The notes under the pieces are model-generated. The model ran no database searches. It was not told the origin of the DNA and worked only from the letters and a program-made list of their open reading frames with translations. Positions 8,864 to 13,785 of a stretch of DNA of 13,785 nucleotides are shown piece by piece. Every line of letters begins with the position of its first letter. Positions within the stretch are counted from its first letter, which is position 1. The stretch comes from PVC group bacterium (GTDB taxonomy: Bacteria; Auribacterota; Erginobacteria; Erginobacterales; Erginobacteraceae): the NCBI GenBank assembly GCA_043804695.1, contig JAZDIV010000142.1:1-13785 (forward strand), in the 5' to 3' direction. A program made the translations under genes and the position numbers.

Positions 8864-9817
8864 CGTCCCCCTGATCTCGGCCCCGTCCGGGACGATCGAT
8901 CCGGGGAGGAGGTGCGCGAAAGGCCCGATCCGGCAATCGCGGCCGATCCGGGTCCCCTGTCCGATCACGGTGAAGGGATAAATCACCGAATCGGGCCCGA
9001 CCTCAACCCCGGCCTCGATATCGGTCATCTCCGGGGAGACGACGCTCACCCCGGCCTCCTGGAGCTTCCGGACCGCGCGGCGCTGGAATATTTTTTCCGC
9101 CTCGGCCAGCTGCCGGCGCGTGTTGATCCCCCGGATTTCATCGGCATCTTCCGTCCGGTAGGCCCCGACGGGACGCCCGCTTTTGGCCAGCAAACCGATC
9201 AGGTCGGTCAGGTAATACTCTCCCTGCCGGTTCCGGTTCCCGATCTCCTCAAGAAGTCCCCAGAGGTCCCGGGCGCGCAGACAGTATGAGCCGGAGTTCA
9301 CTTCTTCCACCACCTTCTCGGAAAAACCGGCGTCCGCCTCCTCCACAATCCGGGCCACCCGTTCGCCGGACCTCCGGATAATCCGGCCGTATCCGGTCGG
9401 ATCCATCAGCCGGGCGCTCAGGATCGTCGCGTCCAGAGACTCGGACCGGTGAAAAGCCAAAAGCTTCCGGAGCGTCTCCGGGGTGATCAGGGGCACGTCG
9501 CCGCAGAGAACGAACAGGTCGCCGGAAAAATCCGCGAGGACCGGCCGGGCCTGCATCAGGGCGTGGCCGGTCCCGAGAAGCTCCGGCTGAACCGCCGTCC
9601 GGGCCCGGTCCCCGACCAGCCGCGGGATCAGTCCGTCCCCCGGGGAGATCACCACCACGATCCTGTCCGTGACCAGGTCCTCCACCGCGTTGAGAACGTG
9701 CAGGATCAGGGGGACGCCTCCCAGGCGGTGAGCTACCTTGGAGACCGAGCTCTTCATCCGCTTGCTTTCGCCGGCGGCCAGGATGACGCAGGCCGTTGAA
9801 CTGTTGGATGCAGGCAT
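8828..9817 (-). CDS. glmU: Short GlmU-like GlcNAc-1-phosphate uridyltransferase with only a partial left-handed beta-helix
   Basis: ILAAGESKRMKS..SK, Q..LLGTGHA, GDVPLI, GYGRIIR, EVNSG, N.QGEYYLTD, GIN. A few hexapeptide repeats end after GPFAHL. 329 aa, directly upstream of prs. Confidence 0.88.
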   Translation of the reverse strand: MPASNSSTACVILAAGESKRMKSSVSKVAHRLGGVPLILHVLNAVEDLVTDRIVVVISPGDGLIPRLVGDRARTAVQPELLGTGHALMQARPVLADFSGDLFVLCGDVPLITPETLRKLLAFHRSESLDATILSARLMDPTGYGRIIRRSGERVARIVEEADAGFSEKVVEEVNSGSYCLRARDLWGLLEEIGNRNRQGEYYLTDLIGLLAKSGRPVGAYRTEDADEIRGINTRRQLAEAEKIFQRRAVRKLQEAGVSVVSPEMTDIEAGVEVGPDSVIYPFTVIGQGTRIGRDCRIGPFAHLLPGSIVPDGAEIRGTSEFSRHPSGSR

Positions 9818-9822
9818 AATAG

Positions 9823-9843
9823 ATTAGCTCGCTGCGCTCGCTA
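9823..9843. repeat. 21-bp repeat, copy 3 of 3
   Basis: Identical to the other two copies; 5 nt upstream of the glmU ATG. Confidence 0.9.
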
Positions 9844-9848
9844 CTTTT

Positions 9849-9940
9849 GCCACTAAGACACCAAGACACCAAGAAAAAGTAAATAAATTGAGTGCTTGTC
9901 TCTTTCTCATCTTTTCTTGGTGCCTTTGTGCCTTGGTGGC
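9849..9940. repeat. 29-bp imperfect inverted repeat built from CACCAAGA-like 8-mers
   Basis: GCCACTAAGACACCAAGACACCAAGAAAA (9849-9877) versus the reverse complement of 9912-9940: 25/29. Confidence 0.85.
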
Positions 9941-9946
9941 TAATAA

Positions 9947-9983
9947 TTATTGCCCCGATGGATATGGGGGAAATTCCGAAACA
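9947..9983. repeat. TTRTTGYCCCGA...AATTCCGAAACA cassette, copy 4 of 4 (shortest)
   Basis: TTATTGCCCCGA 9947-9958 and AATTCCGAAACA 9972-9983. Shares TTGCCCCGATGGATAT with copy 2. Confidence 0.75.
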
Positions 9984-10172
9984 GGAAAATGTAGGTTTAT
10001 TGTACAGTCGGATCTCGAACTGATTTTATTCCAATAAATTAAAAATATTTCTGGAAACATTGCAAAGCCGAGGGGACGGAAGGAACATGACACGGGGGTA
10101 TCGCCGTAATGTAATGGACACCACCGGCGGAAGATGACGATATTCCCCCATCGGTGGGTTCGATTACAGCGA

Positions 10173-10243
10173 CTGCCCGGCGAGGACTCGAACCTCGAAA
10201 CTCGGCTCCAAAGGCCGATGTGTTACCATTACACCACCGGGCA
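10173..10243 (-). tRNA. tRNA-Gln (anticodon TTG), CCA not encoded
   Basis: TGCCCGG/CCGGGCA acceptor stem, D arm GTGTAATGGTAACAC, anticodon arm TCGGC-CT-TTG-GA-GCCGA, T arm CGAGG-TTCGAGT-CCTCG, discriminator G. Confidence 0.97.
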
Positions 10244-10301
10244 AACTACCGGAGCAGGGTCAGGTTCGGCTCGCGACGCGATGCTCGGAAGCCTCCTGGG
10301 C

Positions 10302-10334
10302 ACTAAAATAAACGCTTCCGGCGTTTATTTTAGT
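10302..10334. repeat. 14-bp perfect inverted repeat between the putative promoter and the tRNA
   Basis: ACTAAAATAAACGC-TTCCG-GCGTTTATTTTAGT. Confidence 0.8.
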
Positions 10335-10358
10335 TTTATCTATCAAAACTACGCCGAA

Positions 10359-10387
10359 ACCTTAGTACAAGCTCATCGGCACGTCAA
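10359..10387 (-). promoter_or_regulatory. Putative sigma70 promoter for the tRNA-Gln/glmU/prs cluster
   Basis: TTGACG (10387-10382), 17-nt spacer, TAAGGT (10364-10359), with AT-rich sequence upstream. Confidence 0.55.
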
Positions 10388-10446
10388 TACCTAATTTAGA
10401 AGAAAAATCCATCATACACTCTCTCCAGCACAGTACCTTTTGAATT

Positions 10447-11319
10447 CTACCTGGTATAAATCAAATCGACTTTCCCATTATGGGCATAATCTATGGTATA
10501 TATCTTTTTATATGCTCCCGCGGTCATTAATCGCAAATCCTCGGCATACGAAATCCCGGTGATCCCTTCAAGAACAAGTTCCATCTGCATTGACGGGACA
10601 TGAACATTGTAAAGTTTTTCTTCCCTAAGTATCGCCACCATATCGTTTGATAGCCATATTATTTCATCAATTTCTCCCTCATATCGTATAACTCTTTCAA
10701 CCACTTCTCCAACGATCTTCTCAGCTAATATGGTATTACTTTTCAAGTCAATAACGATTAACCTGCATTCCATGTTATCTCTATCAATTACGCTATAAAT
10801 CAACCTATTTCCTTCTGGGGATATATTAATATTGTCGATTACCACTGTATGATTATTAGATCGTATAGTCTCAAACTCTTCTTTATCCAACATTATTTTT
10901 GCTACTTCTTTATCATCTGTATATGTGATGAATCCATGAGAATCCGGCAGCCAGCTAACACTTTTAGAATCACGATATCCATCAGTTAAATAACTGTGCC
11001 ATTCCGTCTTGAATATATGTTTTATTTGCTTTCCCTCAGATGAACTTAATATTAATGAATGTTCTATTGTTAACGAATGTTCTATTGGCGGTTTTGCTGT
11101 TCTATCGCTAACTATATATTTCCTAACGATAGCTATATAATATTTACTATCCGGTGACCACTTAATGACATCCTCATAATTATGGGCAAGCTCTTTAACT
11201 TTAGATTCTTGCCTGGAAATATCAATTAGATAGCACGCTTCATTAGGTATTTGTACAATAAGTATTTTACCATTAGGAGACCAAGAGTCTTCTGCAAAAT
11301 CAATGAATCCCCCCTGCAT
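10447..11319 (-). CDS. Hypothetical beta-propeller protein (TolB/DPP-IV N-terminal-like repeats), AT-rich, possibly a 5'-truncated fragment
   Basis: Repeated WSPNGK, WSPDSK, WLPDSH, ISPEGN, WLSND blade motifs. Visibly much more AT-rich than neighbouring genes. No clear SD or signal peptide at ATG 11319. Confidence 0.65.
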   Translation of the reverse strand: MQGGFIDFAEDSWSPNGKILIVQIPNEACYLIDISRQESKVKELAHNYEDVIKWSPDSKYYIAIVRKYIVSDRTAKPPIEHSLTIEHSLILSSSEGKQIKHIFKTEWHSYLTDGYRDSKSVSWLPDSHGFITYTDDKEVAKIMLDKEEFETIRSNNHTVVIDNINISPEGNRLIYSVIDRDNMECRLIVIDLKSNTILAEKIVGEVVERVIRYEGEIDEIIWLSNDMVAILREEKLYNVHVPSMQMELVLEGITGISYAEDLRLMTAGAYKKIYTIDYAHNGKVDLIYTR

Positions 11320-11459
11320 GTATTGATAGTCTCTTTCAAGTAATATTTGACAAGGTGAGCCCTGAACAACCCCGCAACATACTTATAATCCTCCTTTCTT
11401 CTCACTTGATTGTAACTCTTTATTTAATATCCGGAAAGGAAAATGCTCTATCCAATCGC

Positions 11460-11497
11460 ATTAGACAAATCGTTTCGATCGAAACGATTTGTCTAAT
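11460..11497. repeat. 38-bp perfect palindrome with no spacer
   Basis: ATTAGACAAATCGTTTCGA|TCGAAACGATTTGTCTAAT. Confidence 0.92.
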
Positions 11498-11742
11498 TTA
11501 TTCATGTTTGAAGGTATGAAAGAGGCCAAGTATACACCGGCGGAACGGGTGGGGAGGGATACAATTCCGCTGGTAGCTGATGAACTGATTCACCCACGGC
11601 CAAGGCCGTGGGGGTCTTTTAACATCGAACATCGAACGAACACAGGCAAAGAGCATGGCGCATAGCGCATAGTGCCTCGATCCGGGAGGACCGCCCCCCC
11701 TCACCCGGCCTCACTTCGTTCGGCCACCCTCTCCCCCCTGGG

Positions 11743-11761
11743 CTTAACCTTACCCACAAAT
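11743..11761. repeat. Putative 19-bp terminal inverted repeat of the IS
   Basis: CTTAACCTTACCCACAAAT matches the IS50 outside end CTGACTCTTATACACAAGT at 13/19 and lies ~135 nt past the transposase stop. Confidence 0.7.
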
Positions 11762-11895
11762 ATGCAAGGCAAAAAGAAGGGGAAAAATAAGGCTAATAAG
11801 AACTGGATTAAATAGCAAGGAAACTTAACAAAGTGAGGGGAAATAGACTCGATTGCGTATGGATGGTTTCGGGTAATTGATTGGTGAGGTCATCG

Positions 11896-12906
11896 TCAGG
11901 ACAATCCTGGTAATGAGGTTGATTCGGGGCCGAACGCGGTCCAGGCCCCCGAGATCACCGATAAGATTTTCATGCCTCGCCAGAGGACCTGCACCCCGGG
12001 CTGGCCGTCACTTTTTCGCCCCAGGAAGCCGCCCAACTTGGCGACCAGGCTAACGGCTTCTCCCAGGGAAGGAGGTTGTTCAGGAGGCTTTTGAGTTTTG
12101 TTGGCAAAACAATACAGAGCTTTCCATTCGTGCTCTTCAAAGAGCACGGTGCAGGGCAAATCGGGGACGGAGCGTCCCATCATAGTCAGGAACATGACCC
12201 GCCAGGCCACGATGGCATCGATGGCCAGGCAGTTGATCAGTCGTTCGGCGGTTTTCAACTGGTGCTTTTCAATATTACAGCCGCTTTTAAGTACCTTGTG
12301 AAACAGCTCAATGGAAAAACGAACTGAATAATAATCAATGTACCTGATCGCATCCTCTGTCGTTTCGACCTCCAGGGTAGTAAGCAACATCCAGGAAAGG
12401 GGTTCTTCGTTTTCCGGAGGTGAGGGTTCATTGATATAAATGCCCCACACTTCTACGGAAGGGACCTGGGATCTGTTATTACGGGGAGATTTTATGGTGA
12501 CGGGGGCGAACCGGACTTCAACGGAGGCGACGCGTTCCGGCTTTCCTTTCCGGCGCGGAATGATCACCGAGAGGGTGACCGCCAGTGCTACTTCCTCGTC
12601 CCGGATTCGGGATTTTGTCCTCTCAAAATGAGGATCGAGGATTTTAAAAGGAGTAACCTGGGGATTGTCCATAAAACGATAAGCGCCTTTGAGTTTGTCC
12701 CAGGAACCGGAAGACTGGGGGATGGAAGCGTCGGGCTGAGAAGAGAACGATTCTAAAATGGAAAAGAATCTTTGGTCAAGACGCTTGTCTCCCAGATCAA
12801 TCGAGGCGAACTCGTCCTGGATCCAATTCGCGGTTTGACCCGGATAACCGGATTGCCAATGGACTTTAGCACCCTGGCCGCGTAAGTGGCTACGTATATA
12901 ATTCAC
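11896..12906 (-). pseudogene. IS4-family Tn5-like transposase with an in-frame internal deletion
   Basis: N-terminal DNA-binding domain (W..EF..IDLGDKRL..R, SIP, KGAYRF..N), Y-x2-R-x3-E-x6-K (YSVRFSIELFHKVLK), C-terminal LGGFLGRKSDGQPG..VLWRG. The QDTT and DRE.D catalytic segments are absent. Confidence 0.85.
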
Positions 12907-13774
12907 AATTCAATTTTTGGCGGAAGTTCCGGCACAGAGGATAGAGATAAACATCCTTAATGGGTACGCGGATCGAGTTATCCCGGTCGTTCCGGGTTCG
13001 CCCCCGGGTCTGACCCACGCGAATCCAGTTGGCGGCTCTATAGGAGGTGCCCTGAAAACGATCTCGTTCCACAAAGGTTTCCAGAAGATAAATTGGGCGC
13101 CCGTATTTATCCACCCAGTCGCCGCTGATCCGCCTGGCTATACGGGCCAAAATATGACTGGCTAAATGTGGAACTCGCACCCAGGGCAGGATCAGGAAAC
13201 GCATATTGTTGGTGATAAAAGGAAGGTTGCGCTTGCGGGTGGCAATGTCCCAACCGATAAAAGAATCCCGGGGCTTGGTTTTCCAGGCGGCCGAACCAAA
13301 GAGGAGGCAGGCCAGAGGAGTGCGATCACGATCAAAGACGAAATATCGCATATTCTGACCGACGGTCCCGCCATAACCCAGATAGTGATAAAGCGAGAAA
13401 AAACAATTGGAAAGGGTCTTATCTGCAGGGTCTTTTATTACTTCAATCCGAATCGGAACCAGCGTTTTTAGGGGGACCCGGATGGGAGCGGTGGAATGCA
13501 GAACATACTGGAGCGCCTTATTTCGAAAGGCATTGGGGGAAGATCCACGTCGGGGTGGCAAATTAATATGGCCCGGTCTTTCCAGCTTAAGCAGGAGGTT
13601 GCGACAGGCCATATCTTTTAATTGACCGGCGCCATTGCGCCAGTTCCATAACTGACACAGTTCTCGGGAAAGACGGGTCCGATTCCAGGAAGGGTTTTCG
13701 ATCAGTAACTGCCGAATACGATCGATATCCCGTGAGGTAAGATGACGTCCCTGGATGATCACCAATTCGCTCAT
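12890..13774 (-). CDS. DUF4338 (DruA-like domain) protein
   Basis: Recognised family motifs: RTRLSRELC..WNW, KDMACR.LLLKL, YHYLGY, AAWK...RD.FIGW, NN.RFLILPWV.VPHLAS, LLETFV, GT.YRAANW..VG.T.GR. Confidence 0.85.
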   Translation of the reverse strand: MSELVIIQGRHLTSRDIDRIRQLLIENPSWNRTRLSRELCQLWNWRNGAGQLKDMACRNLLLKLERPGHINLPPRRGSSPNAFRNKALQYVLHSTAPIRVPLKTLVPIRIEVIKDPADKTLSNCFFSLYHYLGYGGTVGQNMRYFVFDRDRTPLACLLFGSAAWKTKPRDSFIGWDIATRKRNLPFITNNMRFLILPWVRVPHLASHILARIARRISGDWVDKYGRPIYLLETFVERDRFQGTSYRAANWIRVGQTRGRTRNDRDNSIRVPIKDVYLYPLCRNFRQKLNCELYT

Positions 13775-13785
13775 AATGGACAGCT

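Larger units (their letters stand above)
11743..13785 (-). mobile_element. IS4-family (IS50/Tn5-like) element carrying DUF4338 and an internally deleted transposase; other end outside the window
   Basis: IS50-like terminal repeat at 11743-11761, Tn5-type transposase domains, overlapping DUF4338 ORF upstream. Confidence 0.8.

Noticed and set aside
10101..10172. Second tRNA on the plus strand (GGTTCGATT, GTAATGG)
   Set aside because: No T-stem or anticodon arm can be formed; better explained as a hairpin.
10134..10394. 86-aa plus-strand ORF
   Set aside because: Antisense to the tRNA and its promoter.
11498..11704. 68-aa minus-strand ORF and a ~55-aa plus-strand ORF
   Set aside because: Both run through repeat modules and have no recognisable protein features.
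10173..11742. tRNA-anchored integrative island with att duplication
   Set aside because: No integrase and no tRNA 3'-end duplication are visible, and the accessory DNA lies 5' of the tRNA.
12890..13774. Complete Druantia defence system
   Set aside because: No DruE helicase or other Dru genes in the window; the context is an insertion sequence.

Overview
Bacterial, mostly GC-rich window. Positions ~1-10250 hold a minus-strand housekeeping cluster: tRNA-Gln(TTG), a short glmU-like gene, prs, rplY, pth, rpsF, ssb, rpsR, rplI, dnaB, bamA, and the first codons of a further gene (possibly skp/ompH). The rplI-dnaB-bamA order resembles PVC-superphylum genomes (inference). Upstream of the tRNA is an accessory segment: an AT-rich beta-propeller-like ORF that may be a fragment, a ~280 bp patch of stacked repeat relics, and an IS4-family (IS50/Tn5-like) element. 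That element carries a DUF4338 (DruA-like) gene and a transposase whose in-frame deletion removes two of the three DDE residues. The most unusual signal is non-coding: most longer intergenic spacers contain recurring short palindromic modules. They include a covarying hairpin with tandem GA pairs and a GNA triloop (5 copies, 3 next to start codons), a TTRTTGYCCCGA...AATTCCGA cassette (4 copies, one encoding the GlmU C-terminus), a 66-bp duplicated spacer, inverted 8-mer tandem arrays and long perfect palindromes. All calls were made by eye, with no database searches.
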